Below, in pieces: positions 1-9,722 of a DNA stretch of 64,000 nt. The notes beneath the pieces were generated by a model, which saw only the letters and a program-made list of their open reading frames with translations, did not search any database and had not been told where the DNA came from. Source of the stretch: Candidatus Eiseniibacteriota bacterium (GTDB lineage: Bacteria > Eisenbacteria > RBG-16-71-46); NCBI GenBank assembly GCA_963725865.1, contig CAVSAC010000011.1, positions 32,001 to 96,000 on the forward strand, read 5' to 3'. Numbering within the stretch: the first letter of the stretch is position 1; each line of letters starts with the position of its first letter. The position numbers were made by a program, and so were the translations under genes.

Positions 1-756
1 TCGGCGACCGCGATGGTGAGCGCGACCGGGTTGGTGAACACCTTCTTGATCACGTAGGCCAGGGTGATGGCCTCGGTGTCGCCGCTCGCTGGCGTCCTGC
101 GGGTCGAACTCGCCGAGCCCGGCCTCCTTCGGCGAGTCCTGCACCACCAGGAACGTGAAGATGCCCATCACCGCCACGATCCCGGCGGGGATGAAGAACC
201 GCCACTGCCACGGCAGCCCGATCACGAACGGGGTGGCGAGCAGCAGGAACACCAGCGAAGCGCCCGCTCTGGATCATCGAGCCGAAGATCGCGGAGAACA
301 CGCCGCGCTCGCTGACGTGGAACCAGCCGGAGTTCACCTTGATGAGCGCCAGCGCGCTGTAGGACTGGAAGTACATGTTGAGCGTCCACACCGTGGCGAA
401 GTAGCTCAACAGCAGCGCCCCGGTGCCGAGCACGTGGAGGTAGGCGCCGAGGCCGAACATGAGGTTGAAGACGACGGCGCCGAACGCGCCGATGAGCATG
501 GCGCGGCGGCCGCCGAAGCGGTCGGCGAGCGGGCCGTTGAAGAGCGCGGACACCCCGTAGATCAGAGAGTCGCGAACGAGATGATCGATCCGACCTCGGC
601 CTTGTCCCAGCCGTAGGTGTCGGAGAGCGACTTGTTGGCGAGCGCGAAGTTGTACCGCGCCATGTACATCGCGGCGTAGGTGAGGCCGAGGACGAGCCAG
701 TTCTGGGTGCGGCGCTTCTTGAACTCGGCGCTGTGCTGCGGAAGGGGCGGCGTCAT
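1..756 (-). CDS. MFS transporter, OPA/GlpT-UhpC-like (3' end outside window; frameshifted)
   Basis: MTPPLPQH...LGLTYAAMYMARYNFALA...YGWDKAEVGSIIS joins ...GPLADRFGGRR (MFS motif A); multiple TM helices. Confidence 0.8.
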
Positions 757-886
757 GCGCGGCGGGCTCCGGTCGGCGGTCCCTGCGTGGAGTCGAGGGG
801 GGTGCGAGCCGTGTGTGTACCCGCTCGCCGCGTGGCGGTCAAGCGCGCCCGGCGGGGCGTGTTTCAGCCGTGTTACAGCGCGCCGC

Positions 887-1653
887 TCAGGCGCCGAGCC
901 GCTTGCGCAGGCGCGCGCGCGGGCGCGGCTGACCGGCACCTCGGTGCGCGCCGCGTCGTCGAGCTGCAGGCGCCAGGTGCCGGCGAACGCCGGGCGCAGC
1001 GCGACCGCGTGCTCGAGGTTGACGATCGCGCCGCGGTGCACGCGCGCGAAGTGCCGCGGGTCGAGCCGGCGCTCGAGATGGTCGAGGGTGAGGTCGAGCC
1101 AGTGCCGGTCGCCCGGGGTCGCCGCGAACACCAGCTTGTCCTCGGCGCCGAACCACAGCACCTCCGCGGTCCGGAGGATGATCTGACGGTTGCCGACGCG
1201 CACCGTGAGCCGTTCGAGATGGGTGGGGGTGCCGCCGCCGAGCGTCGCGAGCATGGCCGCGAGCCGCGCGGTGAGGTCCTCGGGATGGGCGAGGTCGCGG
1301 CGCGCGCGCTCCAGCGCGGTGGCGAGCCGCTCGGCGCGGAACGGCTTGAGCAGGTAGTCGACCGCGTTCTCCTCGAACGCCTGCACCGCGTACTGGTCGT
1401 AGGCGGTGACGAACACCACCGCCGGGCGCGGGTCGAGCGAGCGCAGCAGCGCGAAGCCGTCCTCGCCCGGCATCTGCACGTCGAGCAGCACCAGGTCGGG
1501 ACGCGCGGCGGCGATCACCGCGCGCGCCTCGACCGCCGATCCGGCCTCGCCCACGACCGCGACCGCGGGCATGCCCTGCAGCAGCCGGCGCGCGCGCGCG
1601 CGCGCCAGCGGCTCGTCGTCCACCATCACGATGCGCAGCGGGGTGGCGTCCAT
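887..1653 (-). CDS. LytTR-family response regulator (REC + LytTR)
   Basis: VDDEPLAR, LLDVQMPG, FVTAYDQYAVQAFEENAVDYLLKP, FARVHRGAIVN, VPVSR; frameshift near 910, true end RLRKRLGA*. Confidence 0.92.
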
Positions 1654-1663
1654 GGGGCGAGCA

Positions 1664-3899
1664 TTACCACGTCAGCGACATGCCGGCCACGAGCATGGCG
1701 CGCGAGAAGTACGACTCGCGGCGGTAGCGGCGCGAGTAGTCCGAGTTGTACACGTACTCGAGGACGTTGCGTATCCCGAGCACGTTGAGCCCCTCGATGT
1801 AGGCCGCGCACGGCGCGCTCGGCGGCAGGCCGAGCCCGCGCGGCAGCGTGAACAGCCGCGTGGCGCGCAGGTCGAGGCGCTGGTAGGCCGGCATGCGCGC
1901 CGAGCGGTTCTCGGCGAACACCGGCCGCCAGATGGCGCGCGCCGGGTCCCAGATGCGGTCCACCACCGGGGTCCACGGGGGTCCCGACGACCAGCCGTAG
2001 CGCGCGCCCAGGATCCACACCCCGCTCCACTGGTAGTTGCCGACCAGGGTGAGCGAGTGCTTGACGCCGTAGGCCGCCGGCAGCTGGCGGGGATCGTCGC
2101 CCTCCTGGCGCTTGGTGTCGAGGTAGCCGTACGAGATCCAGCCGCTGGTCCAGCGGTGAGAGCCCTTCACGAACACGTCCACGCCGCGCGCGAAGCCGCT
2201 GCCGCGGTTGGCGTAGAAGCTGAGCGAGTCGTCGGTCACCAGGTCGCGGTAGTCCTTGCGGAACGCCTCGAGGCGGAGGTTCGCGTTCTGCGACAGCCAC
2301 TCCCAGCCGGCGATGACGTGGTCGGCGCGCAGTGGCCCCAGGCGCGGGTTGCCGTAGACGCGGTCGAGCCGGCGCACGTCGGCGGCCTGGTGGTAGCGCC
2401 CGGTCGCCAGCCGCACGGTCTGGCGGTCGTCCACCCGCCACGCCAGCGCCACGCGCGGGTCGAAGGTCCACTGGCCGGTGTTCGACACCCGGTCGGCGCG
2501 CCCGCCGAGCGTGGCGTAGACCGGGCCGACCACGCGCAGCTTGTCCTCGAGGTACATCCCCGGCGTGTCGAGCACCGGCCGGTAGTCGTAGCCGCGCAGC
2601 GGCGCGCCCGCGGCCAGGTCGACGCTGTCGGCGGGCAGGCTGCCGACGATGTGCGCCGCGCGCCGCGGCAGGTTGGCGCCGAAGCTGATGGCGTGGCGCG
2701 GGTCGGGCGTCCACACGCCCTCGAGGTTGCCCTGGAGGTTGGTCTCGTCGCGCGCGGTGCCGAAGCCCGAGAAGGTCCAGTCGTCACGGTAGCGCTGGAG
2801 CGCCCCGCGCAGGTGGAGCGCCACGCGCTCGCCGGGCGCGTCGCTCACGTCGAGCGCGAGCAGCTGGTTGCGGGCGTGCTCCAGGTAGAGCGACTTCACG
2901 TTGAGCGCGTTCGCGGTCACCGCCGTGCGGTCGCCGTTCTGCAGCCCGGTCAGGGTCGCGCGGCCGGTGGAGGAGTAGCGCCACACCAGCTTGGCGGCGG
3001 CGTCGTGGCTGAGCGGCGCGCTCTGGTAGTCACGGCTCGAGCCGTAGACGCGCATGAGCACGTCGGTGTCGCTGAAGCGCACCGAGGCGATCCCGCTCAG
3101 CCGGCCGGGCACCAGCGTCCAGGTCGTGGACAGGTTGGCGCCCACCATGTTGATCCCGGCGTTGACGCTCTTCTGGTCGCCGGGGTCCTGGGTGTCGATG
3201 TCGAGCACCCCCGAGAGCACGCCGCCGTAGCGCGCGCCGAAGCCGCCGCTCGAGAAGAACGCCCCCTTCACCAGGTAGGCGTCGAGCGCGCTGAACAGTC
3301 CGCCCGAGGCGCCCTCGTAGTGGTAGGGGTGGCCGACCTCGTTGCCATCGAGGCGGATGAGCGGTCTCGCTCGGGTCCCCGCCGCGCACGTACACGGCGG
3401 CGCCTTCGTTGGGTGCGTTGATGCCGGGCAGCGCCCGCAGCGACTGCATGAGGTCGGCGGCCCCGCCGGGCGTGGTGACCACGTCCATGCGGCGCAGCGT
3501 GGCGCCCTCGCTCTTGCCCGCCTTGCCGAACGCCGAGGTCGTCACCTGCACCTCGGCGAGCTCGAGCGGCTCGTCGGCCAGCACCACCCGCAGCGGCGCC
3601 AGGCCCTCGACCACGCGCACCTCGAGGCGCGCGCGCTCGTAGCCCATCTGCGTGACCTCGAGCCGGGCGCGGCCGGGCGGCAGCTCGAGCGCGAAGCGGC
3701 CCTGCTCGTCAGCGGCGGCCCCGACACGCAGCGCCGGGCAGGCCACCGTGGCGTACTCCACCGGCTGGCCGCCCCGATCCACCACCACGCCGCTGACGCG
3801 CACCGTCGCCGCGGCGCGCGCGGGCGCGGCCCCCACCAGCACCAGGGCGAGGACCAGCGCCGCGCGGGCGGCGGCTGCGAGGCCGGGACGCACGATCAC
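1664..3899 (-). CDS. TonB-dependent receptor with N-terminal carboxypeptidase-regulatory-like domain
   Basis: Signal peptide, VSGVVVDRGGQPVEYATV, plug (LRALPGI..VYVRGGDPSET; GGFGARYGGVLSGVLDI), barrel ending in W; GTG overlaps stop of upstream gene; frameshift near 3360. Confidence 0.88.
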
Positions 3900-4675
3900 C
3901 TGGCCGCCGCCTCCTTCAGCGCCTGCTCGGCCTGGGGCAGCAGCGCATGCGACACCCAGCCGTTGGCGGGATTGACCGCGAGCGCCTTGCGGTAGAACTC
4001 GATCGCGCGGGCGTCTCCCTGGCGCGACATCTCGGCGCGGCCGGCCCACACGAAGGCGTCGTCGCGCCCCCAGCCGTACGGTCCCGCGCTGTCGGCGGGC
4101 GCGGCGGCGAATAGCTCCTGGGCGCGCTGGAAGCGCTCGAGGGCGCTCTCGACGCCGCCGCCGAAGGCGGCCGGCTTGTTGAGCGTGCCGATGCCGTCGA
4201 GCAGCCACACCCTCGGGTCGCTGCCGGCGAGCTCGCGCGCCCGCTGGAAGTTGGCCTCGGAGTCCGGGCCGAGGGTCATCATGGTGCCGGGGTCGAGGCC
4301 GATGCTGAGCCCCTGCAGCGCCGCCTTGAGCGCGTACGCGCCACCCTGCTTCGGATCGAGCTTGAGCGCCTCATCGATGCGCTGGAGTCCGTCCTTGGCG
4401 AGCCGCCGAGCCTGGACCTGGTCCTGGCCCCACACCAGCGGCAGCGCGCGCCAGTCGGCGAGCGCGACCCAGTAGCGCGGCGCCGCGGCCTTCGGGTCGG
4501 CGGCGGCGGCGGCCTCGAAACGGGCGCGCGCGGCGAGGATCGCCGCGCTCTCCCCGCGGTCGACCGCCGCCTGCAGCGCGGTGCGCTCGGCGGCGAGGGT
4601 TCCGGCCGCGCGCGCGGGGGTGGATGCCGCGGTGGCCGCGGCGAGGATCAGCAGCGATGACAGGATCCGTCTCAT
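3896..4675 (-). CDS. Secreted TPR-repeat protein
   Basis: MRRILSSLLILAAATAASTPARA signal peptide; TPR-like helices (ALKLDPKQGGAY, YRKALAVNPANGW); start overlaps kinase stop. Confidence 0.8.
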   Translation of the reverse strand: MRRILSSLLILAAATAASTPARAAGTLAAERTALQAAVDRGESAAILAARARFEAAAAADPKAAAPRYWVALADWRALPLVWGQDQVQARRLAKDGLQRIDEALKLDPKQGGAYALKAALQGLSIGLDPGTMMTLGPDSEANFQRARELAGSDPRVWLLDGIGTLNKPAAFGGGVESALERFQRAQELFAAAPADSAGPYGWGRDDAFVWAGRAEMSRQGDARAIEFYRKALAVNPANGWVSHALLPQAEQALKEAAAR

Positions 4676-5800
4676 GGTGTGCCTCCGGTTGAGGTGGGAG
4701 CCGCGACCGTGGCCAGCGGCAGGACGACGCGCACGCGGGCGCCGTGTCCGGGTGTGGAATCGATCTCGAGGGCGTGCGGCGCTCCGGCGAGGCGCAGGCG
4801 CTCGCGCACCGAGCGCAGCCCGAATCCGGCGCCGTCGGGGCCGGGGCGGGATGCGAAGCCCGGGCCGTCGTCGATGATGTCGATCTCGAGCGTCTCGCCG
4901 ACGCGACGCGCGGCAAGCGTGACGGTGCCGCCCTCGACACGCGTCGCGACGCCGTGACGCACCGCGTTCTCCACCAGCGGCTGGAGCAGCAGGCTCGGCA
5001 CCGGCACGTCGTCGAGGCCGGCTTCGACCTCCTCGCGCAGGCGCAGGCGGTCCCCGAAGCGCGTGCGCTCGATGGCGAGGTAGTCGCGCAGGAAGGCGAG
5101 CTCGTCGCCGAGGCGCTGGTGGTCGCGGTCCGAGGCCGCGAGGGCATAGCGGAAGAGGTCGGCCAGCCGCGTGGTGGTGTCTTCGGCCTCGCCCGGGCGA
5201 TGTGGCGATCAGCGCCGCGATGGTGTTGAGGGTGTTGAACAGGAAGTGAGGGTTGATCTGGGCGCGCAACGCGCGCAGCTCGGCGCGCGCCAGCTCGGCG
5301 CTCTGTCGCTCGATGGCGCGGGACTGCTGGGCCGCCACGCGGTAGAACGCGATCGCGAAGTTGATGCCGCCGAACAGCGCCACGAAGAGCAGGGTGAACA
5401 TCGTGGCCACGAGCACCGAGCGCGGGGTGCCCATGAAGCCCGGCATGACGAACAGATGGATGAGGTACGCGGCGAGGTAGGACGCCAGGATCGCGGCGGC
5501 GATGTAGGCCCCCCCCACGCGCAGTCCGAGGTCGCGGCCACGGGGCCAGGTGCGCAGCAGCCGCGGCTCGACGAATTGCCCCACCGCCCACAGCGTGATG
5601 CCGATCGAGAGCGAGAACACCAGCGACGCCTTGTAGGCGAGCAGGTACGACTGCCAGCGGCTGCCGAACATGGTGCCGAAGAAGAGCGCGAACGGGACCG
5701 CCCACAACGGCTGGAGCAGCAGCGTGCGCAGCAGGCTCCGCAGCAGGGTGCGCCGGGGACGGTGCCCGGGTCGTTCGTGGGTCGTGTCCATCGCCTGCAT
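4672..5800 (-). CDS. LytS/YehU-type (His_kinase) sensor histidine kinase with N-terminal multi-TM domain
   Basis: AELRALRAQINPHFLFNTLNTI, LLLQPLVENAVRHG, IIDDGPG, GFGLRSVRERL; frameshift near 5200; start at 5791 or 5800. Confidence 0.92.
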
Positions 5801-5837
5801 CCTCCGCGCGCCGCGGTCGGGGTGGAATGCCGCGGCC

Positions 5838-5868
5838 GACCAGTGGTCGATCGGGGCGGACGAGCGGT
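5838..5868 (-). promoter_or_regulatory. Tandem LytTR-type binding boxes upstream of the kinase operon
   Basis: Minus strand ACCGCTCGTC (5859-5868) and ACCACTGGTC (5838-5847), 21-bp period, resembling the AlgR box ACCGTTCGTC. Confidence 0.6.
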
Positions 5869-5892
5869 CTGCCGGCCGGCCCGGCGGCCGGG

Positions 5893-7116
5893 TCAGCGGC
5901 GCTCGACCCGCGCCGCCGGCTCGGGGTCGTGCACCCGCAGGGCCAGCACCGTCACGTCGTCACCGGCCTCGCGCCCGGCGAGCCAGGCGCGCAGCTCGGC
6001 GAGCAGTCGCGCGCACACCTCCTCGGCGCTGAGCGCGCCGTCGAGCGCGGCGGCACGCTGGGCGACGCGGTCGTCGCCGAACATGGCGCCGTCGGGCCGC
6101 TGCGCCTCGCTCAGCCCGTCGGTGTAGGCGAGGATGCGGTCGCCGGAGGCGAGCGCGAGCGTCTCCTCCTCGTAGCGTACGAAGTCGAGCATGCCGACCA
6201 CCGTGCCACCGCGCTCGAGCGCGCGCGGCGCCGCTCCCGGCCGCAGCAGCAGCGGCGGGTTGTGGCCGGCGTTGGTGTAGGTGAGGGTGAGCGCGCGCTC
6301 GTCCACCCGCGCGAGGAAGAAGGTGGCGAACTGCTGCCGCGAGGTGCTCTCGCACACCAGGCGATTGAGGTTGGCCATGATGGCCGCGGTGGAGGACACC
6401 ACGCCGGCCTGTGTGCGCAGCGCGGCCTGGAGCATCGACGACAGCAGCGCCGCCGGCACGCCCTTGCCGGAGACGTCGGCGATCGCGACCAGGAAGGCGT
6501 CCTCGCCGGCGGCCACCACGTCGTAGAAATCGCCGCTCACCTCGCGCGACGACAGGTTCACCGCGTGGACCTCGAGCCGCGGCCGGCGCGGGAACGCGGT
6601 CATCAGGAAGCCGCGCTGGATGCGGCGCGCGAGGTTCATCTCCTCCTCGGCGCGCACCCGGCCGAGGGCGGCATGGTAGAAGTGCCACGCGTAGATCATG
6701 CCGGTCACCAGCGCGGTGAACAGCAGCGTGAAGGCGGACATCACCAGCAGGCTCCTCAGGTCACCGAGGAACCCGGGGATGAGCGTGAGCCGCACCACCA
6801 GCGCGGCGACGTAGGCGCCCATGACGCTCGCGCCGACGTGGAGCAGCGCGTGCTGGGGCAGCCCGCCCTTGAGCAGCCGTCCGCCGCCCGCCAGCACCCG
6901 CGGCGCGATGAAGTTCGCGGTGACCCAGATGGCGAGCGCGATGCAGTAGGAGAACACCAGCGCCACCAGGTAGTAGCCCCACATCGAGCGCCAGCCGTCG
7001 CCCTCGATGAGCGCGAAGAAGAGCGCGAAGGGCACGGCGAACAGGGGCTGGCGCCACAGCAGCCCGAGCAGGTCGCGGCCCGCGGAGCGCGGTCGGCCGG
7101 TGTTGGTATCGATCAT
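5893..7116 (-). CDS. Membrane-bound PP2C/SpoIIE (RsbU-like) serine phosphatase
   Basis: LARRIQ, VSGDFYD, IADVSGKGVPAALL, YTNAGHNPP, YTDGLSEA, GDDVTVL; multi-TM N-terminus homologous to that of the adjacent kinase. Confidence 0.92.
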   Translation of the reverse strand: MIDTNTGRPRSAGRDLLGLLWRQPLFAVPFALFFALIEGDGWRSMWGYYLVALVFSYCIALAIWVTANFIAPRVLAGGGRLLKGGLPQHALLHVGASVMGAYVAALVVRLTLIPGFLGDLRSLLVMSAFTLLFTALVTGMIYAWHFYHAALGRVRAEEEMNLARRIQRGFLMTAFPRRPRLEVHAVNLSSREVSGDFYDVVAAGEDAFLVAIADVSGKGVPAALLSSMLQAALRTQAGVVSSTAAIMANLNRLVCESTSRQQFATFFLARVDERALTLTYTNAGHNPPLLLRPGAAPRALERGGTVVGMLDFVRYEEETLALASGDRILAYTDGLSEAQRPDGAMFGDDRVAQRAAALDGALSAEEVCARLLAELRAWLAGREAGDDVTVLALRVHDPEPAARVERR

Positions 7117-7160
7117 GGCCCCAGCATAGGGACGCGGGACGGCGCGCGGCCACCCGGGCC

Positions 7161-7200
7161 CGACGGATGGTCGCGGCGGGGCGACGGACGGTCGCGGCGG
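7161..7200 (-). promoter_or_regulatory. 19-bp direct repeat (21-bp period) with LytTR-type boxes upstream of the PP2C gene
   Basis: CGACGGATGGTCGCGGCGG (7161-7179) and CGACGGACGGTCGCGGCGG (7182-7200); minus-strand cores ACCATCCGTC and ACCGTCCGTC. Confidence 0.65.
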
Positions 7201-7500
7201 ATGCCCGATGGATGCCGACGGGGGGCGCGGACCGTGCATCCCGCATGCCGCGACACCGCCCGAGCCCGGGTCGGGCCGCCGCGCGGGTCGCGGGCTCCAG
7301 AATGCGCCGTGCCGGCCGATGCTAAGGGTACCCTCGGTGCCGGGTCTCGGCCGTGCCCGCGCCTCGCGCGCGTGCTCGCCCACCCTTCCGGCCAGCGGAC
7401 CTCCGGCGAAAGCGACTCGATGACACCACGCGCAGCCGCGCGCCGGCTCGCCGGGGCCACCGCATGCCCCGCCGGGACGGGTGCGCATGGAGGCCCATCC

Positions 7501-8285
7501 ATGAGGTCCGCCCGCCCGCTCGCCGCCGCGATGTTGCTCGTCACGGCCGCACTCGTCCCCACCGCGCACGCCGCTTCCGCGACCGCCACGGTGCTGGCCG
7601 CGCCGGTCGCCGTCGAGGCCGCCGTGCTCGCCCGCCTCGCCACCCAGCTCGTGACGCTGGTGAGCGGCGCGCCGCCGGCCCAGGCACCGCTGCCGCCGGC
7701 ATGGCGCGGCGGGCTGCCGACGCGCGCGTTCGATGCCAGCCCCGCGCTGGCGGCGACGCCGCGGATGGTGCACGTGGGCGACTCGCGCGCCGAGCTCGCG
7801 TGGGAGCTGCCGGCGGGGCCCGCCGCGGCCACGGTCTACCGCCGCGACGCGCGCGGCGCCTGGGAGCGCCTCGGCACGGTGCGTCCCGACGCGGCGCGCC
7901 GGGTGACCTGGATCGACGAGTCGGTGGTCGCGGGCGAGCGCTACGCCTACTGCCTCGGGGTCGGTGCGGGGGCAGCGAGGCCTTCGGCGGCGAGGCGCGG
8001 GTCGAGATCCCGGGCCGCTTCGCGCTGTCGGTGCGTGGGCTGCGCATTGACGCCGCGAGCGGGGCGACGGTGGTGGCGTTCTCGCTGCCCGAGGACCTCC
8101 ACGCGCGGGTGGCCGTGCTCGAGGCCGGCGGCCGGACGCTGTGGTCGCGCGACTACCTCCCGGCGGCGCCCGGGGAACAGTCCATGCGCGTCGAGGGCGG
8201 CGCCCCGCTCGCGCCCGGCACCTACCGGGTGGTGGTCGAGCAGGGGCCACGCATGGCGATGGCGCGGGTCGCGCTCGCGCCCTGA
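7501..8285 (+). CDS. Secreted protein, FN3-like region plus degenerate C-terminal FlgD/CTD-like domain
   Basis: GGAGG RBS; signal peptide MRSARPLAAAMLLVTAALVPTAHA; WIDESVVAGERYAY; C-terminal VAFSLP...GGRTL...PGTYRVVV; frameshift near 7970. Confidence 0.6.
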
Positions 8286-8306
8286 GGCGCGCCCGCGCGC
8301 CGACGC

Positions 8307-8341
8307 ACGAATCCCGGGTGGCGTCGCCACCCGGGATTCGT
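8307..8341. terminator. Perfect inverted repeat between convergent genes (probable bidirectional terminator)
   Basis: ACGAATCCCGGGTGGCG-T-CGCCACCCGGGATTCGT. Confidence 0.6.
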
Positions 8342-8364
8342 CGTGGGAGGGGTCCGGCGCCGGA

Positions 8365-9552
8365 TCAGCGGTAGGCGGCCAGCCCGGTGATGTGCTCGCC
8401 GAGCACCAGCGTGTGGATGTTGTGCGTGCCCTCGTAGGTCTTCACCGACTCGAGGTTGCACATGTGGCGCATGACCGGGTACTCGGAGGTGATGCCGTTG
8501 GCGCCGAGGATGTCGCGGGCGCGCCGGGCGATGTCGAGCGCGATCTCGCAGTTGTTGCGCTTGGCCATCGACACGTGCTCGGGCGGTGCAGGTGCCGCGC
8601 TCCTTCATGCGGCCGCACTGCAGCGCGAGCAGCTGCCCCTTCGCGATCTCGGTCAGCATGATCGGCGAGCTTGCTCCTGCACCAGCTGGAAGCGAGCCGA
8701 TCGGCTTGCCGAACATGATGCGGCTCTTGCTGTAGTCCACGCGCGGCGTCGAAGCACGCCATCGCGGCGCCGATGACGCCGAAGGCGATGCCGTAGCGCG
8801 CCTGGGTGAGGCAGGAGAGCGCCGCCTTGAGGCCCCTGGCCTCGGGCAGCACGTGCGAGTCGGGCACGAACACGTCCTGCAGGATGAGCTCGCTGGTCAC
8901 CGAGGCGCGCAGCGAGTGCTTGTGCTTCTGTTCCGGCGCCGAGTAGCCCTTGAAGCCCTTCTCGACCAGGAAGCCCATGACATGGTCCTTGCCGCTGGCC
9001 GCGTCGCGGTGCTTGGCCCAGACGATCGCCAGGTCGGCCGGTGCCGTTGGTGATCCACATCTTGGCGCCGTTCAGCACCCAGCCGCCGTCGACGCGCTGG
9101 GCGCGCGTGATCATGCCGCCGGGGTCGGAGCCGAAGTCGGGCTCGGTGAGCCCGAAGCAGCCGATCACCTCGCCCTTGGCCATGGGCGGCAGCCAGCTCT
9201 TCCGCTGCTCCTCGCTGCCGTACTCGAAGATCGGGTACATGCACAGCGCGCCCTGCACCGAGACGAAGGAGCGCAGGCCCGAGTCGCCGCGCTCCAGCTC
9301 CTGCATGATGAGCCCGTAGGCCGTGGCACCGATGCCGGCGCAGCCGTACTTCTCGGGCAGGGTCGCGCCGAACAGGCCCAGCTCGGCCAGCTCGGGGATG
9401 ACGTCCTTGGGGAAGTAGCCTTCCTCGTAGGCCTTCTCGATGATCGGCAGGTAGCGCTCGTTGACCCATTCGCGCACCTGGTCGCGGATGGCGATCTCGT
9501 CCTCGGAGAGCAGTGCGTCGATCTGGTAGAAATCCTCGCCGTGGCGGGACAT
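8365..9552 (-). CDS. gcdH: Acyl-CoA dehydrogenase, glutaryl-CoA dehydrogenase-like
   Basis: [77 protein letters not shown]; several frameshifts. Confidence 0.85.
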
Positions 9553-9722
9553 GATGGGCTCCTTGGACGATGCGATGGTGCGCGGGGATCCGAACCGCCG
9601 GAGTATAGGCATCGCTCCGCGGGGGCTCAACCGCGCGCCGCGGGCCGGGTGTTGTCCTCACTCGGCGACGCGGCTACCCTCGCGCGCACGCCGCGTGTCC
9701 ACGTCCTCCCGGAGGTCCCCGC

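Noticed and set aside
1587..1604. (GC)n dinucleotide runs here and near 17065-17080 as phase-variation or Z-DNA elements
   Set aside because: Here the run encodes Ala-Arg repeats; such runs are common at this GC content and are error-prone in long reads.
7161..7220. Short direct repeats as a CRISPR remnant
   Set aside because: Only two copies, 21-bp period with no spacer, no cas genes; better explained as LytTR boxes.
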